From the IMG/VR virus record IMGVR_UViG_3300032294_002612, positions 1 through 31,731 of that record: a stretch of 31,731 bases of DNA; one strand, written 5' to 3'. This DNA is from a virus. The notes beneath the pieces were generated by a model. That model had not been told where the DNA came from. It did not search any database and was given only the letters and a program-made list of their open reading frames with translations. The translations under genes and the position numbers were made by a program. Of the stretch, positions 1 through 10,419 are shown one piece after another; within the stretch, counting starts at the first letter, position 1, and the number at the start of each line of letters is the position of its first letter.

Positions 1-1467
1 ATCTCCAGTGGTAAAAACAATGTTTTGCAAAGACGCGCCAGCAGCTTCTCCCTGTAATAAAACGCCAGTTCCATTTACGGACGGGCGAAGCGCAAAACTT
101 TTCGTACCGCTAATCGTTTGATCGCCAGTATTATAAACCAAATTTGGAGATTCAATAAATGGTGATAAATAAATTCCATTAGCAAAATCGGCTACAAAAG
201 CATTATTTCTATATCTTAATTTATTTCTTCCTGTTATGTTATCTGTCAGAATAATACCAGTTAAATCACCAGAAAAAATACCAAAATTAGTAAGTTCTAA
301 GTTTTTAATGACCCTATCTCCAGAAACTATTTGATAATCAAAATAATATTTTTCCTCCGAGGGCGTAGAAGAGCTGATTCTAGTATTTTTTATAATACGA
401 TTTGTATTAAATACATTCGTAGTGGGAAAAGAAGTCGTTAATTCACTATCTATTAATCTTATTGTTCTATTACTAGTATTTGATTGAATATTTATGGTAT
501 TCATTTTAGAACTAATAATTGTTTGTGTAGATGTGTTAATTTTTAATGGGCTTGGAGTACCATTGACTAAGTCAATAGTATTGCCTACACAATTTTCTAA
601 ATAAATTGATCCATATGTTCCAGCCAGAAATGCACTCGATGAAGACTGGCCACCACGACTTGAGATTGTTGAAAATCTACAATTATATAAAGTAATATCG
701 CCACCATTTCCACCATTTTGTGGTAGGCCGCCTGCCCAAAAACCACCTTGGCTTGTAATAGAGAGATTTACACTTTGATATCCCCAGTCTTTTATATCGA
801 AATTGTAACCATCGCCTTGTGAAGCAAAAAGGCTTGTATGTGTTACATTTAATGTAATATCGCCAGGACCAAGCCCTCGAATACCTACTCTTGATGGCCA
901 ATTATTTGTAGTTATAATTGAGTACGATCCTTCATAAAAATTCAATATGTAAGATCTATTATTTGAATAAAGACCGTCAGTAACAATAGCATTCCATGCA
1001 TCTTGAGCCGTTTTAAACGGGCGATTTATATTACCTATTTGTGCATTAAAAGCCTGATTTCCAATAGTATCGGAGATGTAAACATTTCTAAACGACTGTG
1101 CCAAATCTGGTCGTGTCAATACATTTCTTCCACTAAATTGTAAAAGTGCGCCACTGGTTACATCTGCAATAATTCCACTTCCCGTAATATTAAAATTATC
1201 AACAAAAGTTTTTACGCCGTTTATATTTTGATTGCCAGTTGTATAAACAACATTATTTAGATTTTGAGAAGAGCCAAATTCTACCCAGGAATTATTAATA
1301 TCATAATAATAATATTTATTTTCTCCAGTTACATATACAGTAAGTCCTGCATAAGCTTTATTATTTATTGCTAATGAGTTCCTTTCACCAGTAGTAGCAA
1401 CAATCGCCCTTGAATCCAAGGGGATTTGTGATGCTAAGTCAAAATTTGTGGATAATTGTATTCCCAT
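1..1467 (-). CDS. Tail-fibre/virion structural protein (runs off the left end; absent from the ORF track)
   Basis: Manually translated from ATG 1467: MGIQLSTNFDLASQIPLDSRAIV... with no stop before position 1. Contains VYTTGNQNINGVKTF and VYNTGDQTISGTKSFALRPSVNGTGVLL, motifs shared with neighbouring fibre-like genes. Confidence 0.75.
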   Translation of the reverse strand, partial: MGIQLSTNFDLASQIPLDSRAIVATTGERNSLAINNKAYAGLTVYVTGENKYYYYDINNSWVEFGSSQNLNNVVYTTGNQNINGVKTFVDNFNITGSGIIADVTSGALLQFSGRNVLTRPDLAQSFRNVYISDTIGNQAFNAQIGNINRPFKTAQDAWNAIVTDGLYSNNRSYILNFYEGSYSIITTNNWPSRVGIRGLGPGDITLNVTHTSLFASQGDGYNFDIKDWGYQSVNLSITSQGGFWAGGLPQNGGNGGDITLYNCRFSTISSRGGQSSSSAFLAGTYGSIYLENCVGNTIDLVNGTPSPLKINTSTQTIISSKMNTINIQSNTSNRTIRLIDSELTTSFPTTNVFNTNRIIKNTRISSSTPSEEKYYFDYQIVSGDRVIKNLELTNFGIFSGDLTGIILTDNITGRNKLRYRNNAFVADFANGIYLSPFIESPNLVYNTGDQTISGTKSFALRPSVNGTGVLLQGEAAGASLQNIVFTTGD

Positions 1468-1470
1468 AGG

Positions 1471-2460
1471 TTAAAAATTAAATCTAATTTGAAAATTAGA
1501 ATTTGTTGAATTGACTAAAGATTTATATACTAAATATGGATGCGTAGACCCATTTACCAAATTTAACAACATGCCCGAACCAGTGAAACTTGATGTTATG
1601 TTAAAATTATTCGGATCTATTATAGAAGTTAAAGCCCCCCATCCAGAAGGATATACCAACCAAAAACGACTATTAACTGTATTATATGTTAATGTAATGG
1701 GATTAGGACGACTTGAAACAACTTTAGTTCTCGGCACTCCAGTAATTTGGGTGGGCGTTAAATTATCTTGCCCAGACCCCCAATAGTAAGGGGCTTCAAA
1801 TGTAATACTCTGTGTGTTACTTTGAATTTGTATTGGAGTGTTATTTTGATTTAGACCGGTTGCTTTTATATAAACATTATTCGATGTTGAATTTAAATTA
1901 ATCCCAACAGACCAATTAAAATTTTGCACAACTGGAAGAAGTAATGGAAGACGACCCACATTATTTACATAACCTTCTACATTTGTAAATTGATTTAAAT
2001 TTAAACTTCCAGTATTTATAGTTCCAATAAAAGGAATAGAAATTGTTGTTGTACCAAGCTCTTGAATGGCGAAGCCATTTAAAGAAATAGACCCAGGGAT
2101 AAATGGATAAAAAACATTATTAAGAAAAGATGCTACATCATTTCCACCAGGATTTACCCCTAGAAAACCCTGAACATTTGCAGTAATTTGTCTATTTCCA
2201 TTAAATACTGTTGATCCACCTAATTCGCCAGTTGTTGCTAAACCAGATCCATTTAAAGTGGGTCTTGTCGTAAAATTTTTAATTCCGCTAATATTTTGAT
2301 TACCGCTAACTAGAACCGCGCCTTGAGTAATTATTTGTTGAGAAACATCTATAGCCTCATTTAATTGTTGCGGAGTAACAAAAAATCCAGTTCCATATCC
2401 GCTAACTAAATCGGATATATCTGGATGTAATTGATTTTTTCTTATTAAACTCCTGCTCAT
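1471..2460 (-). CDS. Virion structural / fibre-associated protein
   Basis: 329-aa ORF, G/N/T-rich and beta-type, with SGNQNISGIKNFTTRPTLNGSGL motif; directly follows the portal gene. Confidence 0.6.
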   Translation of the reverse strand: MSRSLIRKNQLHPDISDLVSGYGTGFFVTPQQLNEAIDVSQQIITQGAVLVSGNQNISGIKNFTTRPTLNGSGLATTGELGGSTVFNGNRQITANVQGFLGVNPGGNDVASFLNNVFYPFIPGSISLNGFAIQELGTTTISIPFIGTINTGSLNLNQFTNVEGYVNNVGRLPLLLPVVQNFNWSVGINLNSTSNNVYIKATGLNQNNTPIQIQSNTQSITFEAPYYWGSGQDNLTPTQITGVPRTKVVSSRPNPITLTYNTVNSRFWLVYPSGWGALTSIIDPNNFNITSSFTGSGMLLNLVNGSTHPYLVYKSLVNSTNSNFQIRFNF

Positions 2461-2461
2461 A

Positions 2462-4363
2462 TTAATTTAATTTACTATGATATAATAAAATTGCTGTTTT
2501 ATAATCTAGCCCGTATTCAGCGGCAATTTCATTAATTTTTTCCATATTTACATTTATTTGTACGGGTTTATTAATATAGTCATTGATTTTATTCACCCAG
2601 TCTTTCGGAGATTCATTTGTTGCAATTGTTTCCGCGATTGTTTGAATAATTTCTTTTTGTTCTTTGGTTAATCTTTTACGATCATACTTTTCTTTTAAAG
2701 TTGTTTCAACCGCTTCAACTAAATTATCAAATTTTACTAGATTTTTGGCTACAAGATCTGCGTTAATTTTAGGTTTTACTTCCGATGCTTGAACAGTTGG
2801 CGCCGTTCTAGGCGCTTTTGTTGTTTGGGGGGTTCCGGTTCCAGTAGGGCGACCAGTTTGTTGTTGAGGTTTATTTAAAAGTGGTTGGTACAAACCGTCT
2901 TCTTGAAGTTTTCGAAATTCCTGTTGAGATTCAACACTTTCTTCGGGTAGGGGTAATCTTCCAGTATCTATAGCCGTAATCCCCTCTTCTGGAGTAAGAA
3001 CGCCTAATTCTATAAGTCTCGAATAAACGCGCGTTAAATTTGCGTCACTCTTAAAGTCAGAGTCTTTAAAACGTGCGACTGGTAAATTTTTAAAACCAAG
3101 ATTTTTACCAATTTTTTTCATTTCTGGTAAAATGAACTCATTCATAAATGTTTCACGCGCATGCTTTAATCTTGATAAAAATACTTCTATTTTAGTATTA
3201 GTATTGGCATATTTTTCTTCGCCAAAAAGAACGTTATTTAAACCATAACGAATATCACGATCTACAACTTCATATTTTTTAGGATCAAGAATATTACTGA
3301 TTTCTGGAATAATAAATTTAATATTGGTTGTATAGTCAGTTACCAGAATACGGCCCACGCTTTCATTTTCGAAAATTTTTCTTAACGTTCCGATTTGTTC
3401 TTTAGTTGGCATACCGACTTCATCATTTCCCATTGTAACCAATAAGACCGCTTGCTGTATTGTACGACTGATTGCCATATCCATGTTTTTAAGTTCTTGC
3501 TTCCAGTTAATATCTTCGAGAACTGGGAAACCCATTGGTACACTGAATGGTTCATAGTCTTGTTTTTTATAAAATACTGGAATAAATCTTTCTGGATCTA
3601 ATTCAAATATCATGTATTGATTTGATTGGGTAATATTGCTAGTAGTTTTTAAATCTTTTACATTTTTAACTCTTTGAGCAAGTTCTCTATCTTGTTCATT
3701 ATCTGGATTCGTTAAAACTTGCATTTCAAAATCGTTTAAAACTTTAATATATTGAGGAGTAATAAATGAAGCTGATCCAATAGCTTGAATATCAGCAGGA
3801 TTTAAAATAATATATCTAACAGGAATTTCTCCGGTGCGAGCTTCTGTCGTGATTAAATCCGTAAGAACGCGCATGTCTTGTTTTGTAAATTGTGCGTTTA
3901 ATTTATATAAAAATACATTTCCACTACGGAAAAATTCACGGAAAAACATATCTTGTAATTTCCATAAATTGACACGATCCCCCCATGCTTGGAAAAATTT
4001 ACGGGATTGTTCGTTACCACCAGTAAAATAAATAGGCGAGCAACTAAACTCGGTCATTAAATCAATAGTATTTCTAAAAATAGAAAAATTATAATAAGCC
4101 TTTTGACATAAAATAATAGTGTCCTTAATACTTATATTAGAAGTATATTTACCATAGCCGCCACCATAAATAAAAGGAATTACCCCACCTTCAATATTTG
4201 CATATTTATCAGTCCTAGAGATTGTGGATGACCTATTTCTTCTTACGGAAGTATTCACTTCCCCACGACTAGCTTTGACTTCTATAGTATCTTTTGATTT
4301 TATAGATCCTTCAATTACCTGTGGTTCTGGGAACTTAATATTTTTATTAGTATCACGCGCCAT
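2462..4363 (-). CDS. Portal protein
   Basis: 633 aa, directly downstream of the terminase. Portal-like features: FRNTIDLMTEFS, FFREFFRSGNVF, YEPFSVPMGFPVLEDI, helical C-terminal part and a GRPTGT low-complexity linker. Confidence 0.75.
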   Translation of the reverse strand: MARDTNKNIKFPEPQVIEGSIKSKDTIEVKASRGEVNTSVRRNRSSTISRTDKYANIEGGVIPFIYGGGYGKYTSNISIKDTIILCQKAYYNFSIFRNTIDLMTEFSCSPIYFTGGNEQSRKFFQAWGDRVNLWKLQDMFFREFFRSGNVFLYKLNAQFTKQDMRVLTDLITTEARTGEIPVRYIILNPADIQAIGSASFITPQYIKVLNDFEMQVLTNPDNEQDRELAQRVKNVKDLKTTSNITQSNQYMIFELDPERFIPVFYKKQDYEPFSVPMGFPVLEDINWKQELKNMDMAISRTIQQAVLLVTMGNDEVGMPTKEQIGTLRKIFENESVGRILVTDYTTNIKFIIPEISNILDPKKYEVVDRDIRYGLNNVLFGEEKYANTNTKIEVFLSRLKHARETFMNEFILPEMKKIGKNLGFKNLPVARFKDSDFKSDANLTRVYSRLIELGVLTPEEGITAIDTGRLPLPEESVESQQEFRKLQEDGLYQPLLNKPQQQTGRPTGTGTPQTTKAPRTAPTVQASEVKPKINADLVAKNLVKFDNLVEAVETTLKEKYDRKRLTKEQKEIIQTIAETIATNESPKDWVNKINDYINKPVQINVNMEKINEIAAEYGLDYKTAILLYHSKLN

Positions 4364-4405
4364 AACTTATTATAATAGTCTATTACACTAAAATCTGATA
4401 TTTTA

Positions 4406-6310
4406 TTAGATTAATTCTGCGACAAAAGTTGTATTCTTTTTCGCAAAGTTCTCTGGGGCCATTATATCAAAATAGGCTTTAACACCCCAATTGCCAAGCA
4501 TAAGAGTTGTATAATTATCTTTTCTAGCTCTATTTATACTTGTAGATTTTCTTAAATGAGATGGCAAATCAAAACTTTGGGTACCCCTAGATGTTGTGGT
4601 GACCTCAACATTGGCACACTGATCTTTCGTATCTTGAACAATGAAATCCTGCTCTTCTATAAATTCGCGGACGGTCAATTTCTTTGTTTCGTATTCATTA
4701 TCCGCCTTTTCCCCAATTCCTCTAGGATATATATACTCCATCGGAAGATTCATTGTAAAAATATTTTCTAAAATATCAGGATGGTTGCTCGCGCGCGAGG
4801 CAAACCATATTTTTTTATGATCAATGCAAGTTTGTAAATAAGAGTTTGCGCGACCCAAAAAGAAGCTTGTAAAATATTGTTTAATACATATATTACCGAA
4901 ATCTTTGTTATATTGACGGGCGCAATCTTTTAACATTTTAGTATAATCCTCATTTTCTTTATCTGAATCAAAATCCACAAAACCAATCTTACGATTCATA
5001 TCTTTGAAAAACTGAGAGTTATTTACCGCATCTATAAAAGTATCTGCACCCGCATGGTCAATAATAATCAAGGCAATATTAAAGTTTTTATATAAATAAT
5101 AAAAATATTTTATATGATCTTGCAAAGATGATCCTGCGGCTTGGTATCCATGAACCAATACGCCTTGTTTTTTTTCTTCGTCCAGCTCAATAACACTCAT
5201 GGCAAAATAGTCAGCAACTTTAGAAGATGAAAAGTTCGGGTCAATTGCTAAAATATATTTTTTATCACTATCGCCAATTACCTTAGTAGTTGGATATTCC
5301 CCATCTGAAATCGTACACTCATGCATTTTTTTAGGTGAAAAATAACTATCTCCACCATCAATAAAACGGGCACAATATTCACGTAAGAAGGAATGGTGTG
5401 AACTCCCACCACTTTTAGCAACTTGAATCGCGCCTTGATCTACCATGTGTTGAGGCAAGGCTTCATAACTTAATTGGGAAATAAAATATGTCCCAGGAAG
5501 CTCGCCCTCTTTAGACTCTTGCTCGTCTGGATGTTCTACTAAATGTGACCATTGTTGATAAACGCGAAATAAATGTTCAAAGGTATAACTTGCAGAACTT
5601 AAACATAACATTTGAGAAGTATTCTCAAAGATATGCCTATTATCTGGATGTAGCAAGCCCTTTTTTATTAATTCTTCTTCTAATTTTCTAATACGAATAC
5701 GTTCACCCACATCTCTTGGAGAACTTAAGAATGGAATAAGAACATTATCAATAATATCAGGAGGTAAAAGTAAAAACTCATCCAAAATAAGTACGTTAGC
5801 ACGAATACCACGAATTTTTTCTCCAGTGAGCGGAATAGCTGTGATACTACCGCCATTAATTTGCCATTCGTATTGGTCATTTCGCTTACTTTTTAAACCA
5901 AAACATTGTCGGGCTAAGGCCGCCCCTGGAGACATTAAAAATTTTTCAATTTCATTAAAAACGCGGCGACTAGTACGAAAGTTAATAGATGCAATAAGTA
6001 TTTTAGTCCCAGGCTCTAACATACATTTAAGAATACAATAGATCGCAGCGCAAAAACTTTTAGCGCCACCACGACCCCAAACTAACATACAATAATTTCT
6101 GTTAAAAAAAGAATTGAGTGTTAATTCTTGATAGGCTTCTAATGTCAAGCCCATTGATAATTCCGTAGTAAAACCAAGATTATATCTTAGAAATTTAGCA
6201 AGACTAACCCGCGCTTCTTCGTCAGTTAAATCGCCCTTTAAATTAAGTAACTCTTTATTAACGTTAGCTAATGGTTTAGATTTTTTTTGATTTCCTACGA
6301 TGAGTGCCAT
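4406..6310 (-). CDS. terL: Terminase large subunit
   Basis: Walker A-like WGRGGAKS, GEKIRGIRANVLILDE (Walker B), LSSA motif III, RNase H-like ILAIDP...DYFAM and C-terminal RKDNYT. Confidence 0.9.
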   Translation of the reverse strand: MALIVGNQKKSKPLANVNKELLNLKGDLTDEEARVSLAKFLRYNLGFTTELSMGLTLEAYQELTLNSFFNRNYCMLVWGRGGAKSFCAAIYCILKCMLEPGTKILIASINFRTSRRVFNEIEKFLMSPGAALARQCFGLKSKRNDQYEWQINGGSITAIPLTGEKIRGIRANVLILDEFLLLPPDIIDNVLIPFLSSPRDVGERIRIRKLEEELIKKGLLHPDNRHIFENTSQMLCLSSASYTFEHLFRVYQQWSHLVEHPDEQESKEGELPGTYFISQLSYEALPQHMVDQGAIQVAKSGGSSHHSFLREYCARFIDGGDSYFSPKKMHECTISDGEYPTTKVIGDSDKKYILAIDPNFSSSKVADYFAMSVIELDEEKKQGVLVHGYQAAGSSLQDHIKYFYYLYKNFNIALIIIDHAGADTFIDAVNNSQFFKDMNRKIGFVDFDSDKENEDYTKMLKDCARQYNKDFGNICIKQYFTSFFLGRANSYLQTCIDHKKIWFASRASNHPDILENIFTMNLPMEYIYPRGIGEKADNEYETKKLTVREFIEEQDFIVQDTKDQCANVEVTTTSRGTQSFDLPSHLRKSTSINRARKDNYTTLMLGNWGVKAYFDIMAPENFAKKNTTFVAELI

Positions 6311-7230
6311 TTTGTATCAAAGTAATATTGTAAATCTATTTTACAAGCCTCTTCATTCATACCTAAAATATGAAGTGTTTTATTTCTGGCTTCTTCGCGC
6401 CCATCACAAAAAACAAATTGTAAATTATCATATTGACGTAATAATTTTCTCATGTTATGAGCAATAAACTCGCCAGAAGCTTTACCAAATTTTTGTTTTT
6501 GATACATCATATTATTGAGAGTCGATTCTACAACTACGACAATATAACCTTCCATTTTTTTAGCCTTTTGAATTTCGCGTTCAAATCTTTCGCGGCCACC
6601 ACTCAAAGTTCCATATAAATCAGATAAACTTTTTCTCTCTACTGCTAATTTATTGTTAGGGTGAAGAGAGTAATCGCCATATTCTAATTTAGATTCAATT
6701 AAAGTATGCTCTTCAAAATGAAATGGTTTTTGTTCACGACTATCTACAATAATTTGTGGAATAGGAGCAAAAGGAATTTCGTCAGGAATTTGATAATTAA
6801 ATCTGGAATGCAGTCCAATCTTTTGGCATAAATCATTATAACACATTCCAGAAAAAGCTTCTATTGTACTGATCGGTAATAAGCAATTTATACTTTGAGC
6901 TTCTATTTGACTAGGAGCAATTTCTAAGTTTTTTAAATCACAATATTGCCCCAATTTACTTTTAAAATAATCAGTGTACTCTTCTTGAGAAAGAGTCTTT
7001 AACCAGTTTTTATAGTTTTTCTTATCGACAAAATCGCAAGTAATATATTGGTCAAAAGATTTATATTCTAATTTTGTCCCATTAAAACGATCAATGCGTT
7101 TCCAATAAGTTTCAAAATAAGTTTTACAGGAAAGCTTATGGTAATATCTTAAATGTTTTTGAAGTTCGGCAAAATAATTAAATTCTTCTCCACAAACTTT
7201 ACATTTTAAATACATTTTATTTTTATCCAT
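6295..7230 (-). CDS. ERCC4 (XPF/Mus81)-family nuclease with N-terminal C2H2 zinc finger
   Basis: IIVDSREQ...GDY...VERKSLSDL ERCC4 signature; CKVC-x12-HLRYYH finger. Confidence 0.85.
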   Translation of the reverse strand: MDKNKMYLKCKVCGEEFNYFAELQKHLRYYHKLSCKTYFETYWKRIDRFNGTKLEYKSFDQYITCDFVDKKNYKNWLKTLSQEEYTDYFKSKLGQYCDLKNLEIAPSQIEAQSINCLLPISTIEAFSGMCYNDLCQKIGLHSRFNYQIPDEIPFAPIPQIIVDSREQKPFHFEEHTLIESKLEYGDYSLHPNNKLAVERKSLSDLYGTLSGGRERFEREIQKAKKMEGYIVVVVESTLNNMMYQKQKFGKASGEFIAHNMRKLLRQYDNLQFVFCDGREEARNKTLHILGMNEEACKIDLQYYFDTKWHSS

Positions 7231-7241
7231 AATATATTATA

Positions 7242-8354
7242 TTAACTATGAACCATTTCATCTATATCAATTCCACGAATTATTGCCTTTAGTTCGTCCA
7301 TGGATGATAAACGTTTTGCTTCGTCTTCTAAATTTTGTTTTTGAGCTTCTGCTAGATGAATAATACTTTTGCGACGTTCCTCATCTTTCCACGCCTGCAC
7401 TAAATTAAGAATACTAGCGTTTTCCTGTTTTCGCTCCTGTATTTTTTTGGATCGATCATCAACAAGCGATTTATATAATTTATTTTGCCTATTACGACAT
7501 TGGTTATATTCAGTTTGTAAGCTACTAATGGCCTCATTAAGACTCATTTTAATATTGCGCCCCTCGTCCTCTTCAGATGCTTGACGTAATAATTGACGCA
7601 AATCTTCAACTTGTTGTAAAATTGTAGAAGCCGTAACAACTTCTGTACATAAGGTAATAAATTGATCTAATTCTTCTTGTGTTAAATCTTCCTTATCATA
7701 AGTATAACGAATAAAAGCATCTTCAAATAATTTACGGTCATCGTCACGACGATAAGTATTAATTTGATAACAAAAACTAAAAGTATTCAAATATCTTTGC
7801 AACATTTCTACCTGTTTAATTTGAACGGCTTTTAATTTTTTTTCTTCCCATCCTAAATTAAGATATTTATTAATTCGATATAATGTTTGATCCATGCGGC
7901 GCGGTGGAAAATATTCGCTAATAGGGCTTGGGGCAGAAGTTTCGGAATCTTTTGGAACATAAGTAGTCATATCTAAATATGTAGGATCGGCCTTTTGTAA
8001 TTTATTAACGTATTTGTTAACTTCGCGCGATTCGAGACTGAGATGGGTCAAATTATTATTTTTAAATAAAATTTTTGCCATATCTAAGTAATGCTGATTT
8101 TTATAATTATTTTTTATAAATTCTTCGTGATCTGTTGTTAATGAAATTCGATCTCTTTGAAAGACAGAACGATTTTTGTATTCAATATTATTATCTAATA
8201 AATACTGTTTTAAAATCCGCCCTTCTTTACTACGACTATCAATATTTTCATTATTATAAGTGTAAACAGTAATCTCCGTAAGTGTGGCTTCGGGATTTTT
8301 TTGCAAAAATTCTTTTAATCTATTTTGCTGTTCTAATGTAAGAATTTCTTCCAT
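7242..8354 (-). CDS. Hypothetical helical/coiled-coil protein (terminase small subunit is only a positional guess)
   Basis: 370-aa ORF in an operon between the sigma factor and the nuclease/terL genes. Confidence 0.5.
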   Translation of the reverse strand: MEEILTLEQQNRLKEFLQKNPEATLTEITVYTYNNENIDSRSKEGRILKQYLLDNNIEYKNRSVFQRDRISLTTDHEEFIKNNYKNQHYLDMAKILFKNNNLTHLSLESREVNKYVNKLQKADPTYLDMTTYVPKDSETSAPSPISEYFPPRRMDQTLYRINKYLNLGWEEKKLKAVQIKQVEMLQRYLNTFSFCYQINTYRRDDDRKLFEDAFIRYTYDKEDLTQEELDQFITLCTEVVTASTILQQVEDLRQLLRQASEEDEGRNIKMSLNEAISSLQTEYNQCRNRQNKLYKSLVDDRSKKIQERKQENASILNLVQAWKDEERRKSIIHLAEAQKQNLEDEAKRLSSMDELKAIIRGIDIDEMVHS

Positions 8355-9064
8355 TATAATACCTCCCTTACTACTTCGCGCGCTTTTTGTAAAATTTTTG
8401 ATTTGATTTTACTAATTTGTCTATATGCTGGCCGACCTTCTTTTAAACTTAATTTATAACCCATTTTTTTTGCTACTTCCGCCTCGTCTAAATGCTGTAA
8501 AAACATATAGTCATAAACCTTCCACTCAATGATACTTAGATTCTTCTTCATGATTTCATGGAAAAGTGGCATTAAATTTTCTATATCTATCATGTTCTCC
8601 GTATCATGTAAAACATTTTCTAAAGTTGTTTCAGGATTGTCATGGTTTGGACTATGAATACTTAATGGAAATTTTACATCATAAGCAGATTTTTTACTCT
8701 TCTCCCACTTAGCGTAATCTTTACAAGAATTGTTTTGTGTTCCATATATAGAACAACCATAATCACCAGTATTAAATGGACATTTTAAACATGGGCGCGA
8801 GAAATTAGAATAATGATTTCTAAGCATATTAGTCATTTGGTGGTTAATAACTTGATTAAGCCATGGCCTCATAGGGCGCAGTGGATCCCATTTCTCCCAT
8901 TTCTTATAAATATGTATTCTTAATCTTTGAGCAACATCTTCGAAATCCATCCATGCGATGGCAGTTAAATGCCAACGATGTTTGCGTTTTTGAATTTCAG
9001 AATTAATAATATCTATCGAGTCTTCGAAAGATGGCCTAACAACGCCTTTTTTCTTACGTGGCAT
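8354..9064 (-). CDS. Phage RNA polymerase sigma factor (sigma70-like, putative late sigma)
   Basis: Region-2-like DFEDVAQRLRIHIYKKWEKWDP...PWLNQVINHQMTNMLR; region-4-like HTH LSIIEWKVY...EAEVAKKMG...ISKIKSKILQKAR. Confidence 0.75.
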   Translation of the reverse strand: MPRKKKGVVRPSFEDSIDIINSEIQKRKHRWHLTAIAWMDFEDVAQRLRIHIYKKWEKWDPLRPMRPWLNQVINHQMTNMLRNHYSNFSRPCLKCPFNTGDYGCSIYGTQNNSCKDYAKWEKSKKSAYDVKFPLSIHSPNHDNPETTLENVLHDTENMIDIENLMPLFHEIMKKNLSIIEWKVYDYMFLQHLDEAEVAKKMGYKLSLKEGRPAYRQISKIKSKILQKAREVVREVL

Positions 9065-9065
9065 A

Positions 9066-9470
9066 TTATTTAGATCTTAACGAGCCAGCTTCTTTTTGAA
9101 ATTCTGATAAAATTTCTTCTTTAGTTTTTGTTTGAATATTATTTTGATTATTTACCTCGATAGGAGAAGATGGATTATCAATTAAACTTCCAAAAGATTC
9201 CCCTTTAGGTTGGTAAACATCTACTTTAAAAGATGGTTTAATTTTTTTAAAGTCAATATTACTATCTATTGTATCATAACTCTCATCATTAATTTCTACG
9301 GAGTTTATATTTTTCTTTAATTTTAATTCATTTAAAAATTTATTCCTGTTATCTTCTGGTCGCGCGGAAGCTGGTTTACTAGCAAACGATTGCCCGCAAA
9401 AAGCGCAAAATTTTGGTAGTTCAAAATTATATTGAGTGGTCTTCCCACATTTTGAGCAAAAATATTTCAT
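9066..9470 (-). CDS. Zinc-ribbon protein
   Basis: FCSKCG...PKFCAFCG at the N-terminus. Confidence 0.7.
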   Translation of the reverse strand: MKYFCSKCGKTTQYNFELPKFCAFCGQSFASKPASARPEDNRNKFLNELKLKKNINSVEINDESYDTIDSNIDFKKIKPSFKVDVYQPKGESFGSLIDNPSSPIEVNNQNNIQTKTKEEILSEFQKEAGSLRSK

Positions 9471-9554
9471 ACACTAGTATTTTATAGGTTTACACAAAAA
9501 AATTCCAAAATCTCTTCTATAAACATTTTATAAAAATCATAGTGTAAATAACTA

Positions 9555-10145
9555 TTGATGTCGTCTTTAATTAATTCACGGGTGTTCGATATCATCAAAG
9601 AAGATGTCGAATCTCTTGATGGTCGTATTGTTTTATTAAAAGGAAATTATTGCGGTGGTAAGAGCAAATGCTCTGGCCTTTTTTATATGGATTCTAATGA
9701 TGATCCAGTTATCAAAGTAGCTAAAGGAAACCTAGAAGAAGAAGAGTGGTTTGGCGTTCTTATTCATGAGTATTGCCACTTTATACAGTGGAGAGATGAT
9801 TCAAAATTATGGAATCGTTTTTGTGATTATGATATATCATATTCTCAAATTATATCAAAACCACAAAAATATAAAAAAGAATTACAAGCATTAATGGAAC
9901 TAGAAATAGATTGTGAAAAATGTGCCACAAGTATTATAAAAAATAATAAGCTATTCGATTATAAGAATTATGCCCAAACCGCAAATGCAATTCTATATAA
10001 ATATGCAATGTTATATAAATATGGAAAATGGCCGAATGACAATAGAAAATATCAAAAAGTACAAGAATTTTGCCCAAAAAGAATTCTAAAATCTTATAAA
10101 GAATATCTGGAAATACCAGAACGTGTTATTCAATATTATAAATAG
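9555..10145 (+). CDS. HExxH metallopeptidase-like protein
   Basis: LIHEYCHFIQW with downstream ELEIDCE glutamate. The start may be ATG 9558. Confidence 0.65.
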   Translation: MMSSLINSRVFDIIKEDVESLDGRIVLLKGNYCGGKSKCSGLFYMDSNDDPVIKVAKGNLEEEEWFGVLIHEYCHFIQWRDDSKLWNRFCDYDISYSQIISKPQKYKKELQALMELEIDCEKCATSIIKNNKLFDYKNYAQTANAILYKYAMLYKYGKWPNDNRKYQKVQEFCPKRILKSYKEYLEIPERVIQYYK

Positions 10146-10419
10146 AGTCAGATTCGTCAAGGGGAATAATTAGCCCATTTTCTATAATAAATTGATTTAA
10201 TTCTTCTTTGCTATCTGCGATAACCATTGTGTATGGACTTGAAGCTCCGCCAGCGCATTGTAGTGGGGATATAATTACTTTATTAGTAACTGCATCATAA
10301 ATCATCCACCATTCAGTTTCGTTTACTAATATTCCGTCTACCACCGGAATGACATCTGGACGTTCTTGATTTGAATATATTCTAATCATAATAAATTTAT
10401 TCCCGTAAATACTGTCCAA
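10126..10419 (-). CDS. Hypothetical protein
   Basis: 97-aa ORF coupled to the LRR gene; the true start is probably MIRIYS near 10389. Confidence 0.6.
   Translation of the reverse strand: MDSIYGNKFIMIRIYSNQERPDVIPVVDGILVNETEWWMIYDAVTNKVIISPLQCAGGASSPYTMVIADSKEELNQFIIENGLIIPLDESDSIYNIE

Noticed and set aside
683-901. 72-aa ORF
   Set aside because: Alternative frame inside the long 1-1467 fibre-like gene.
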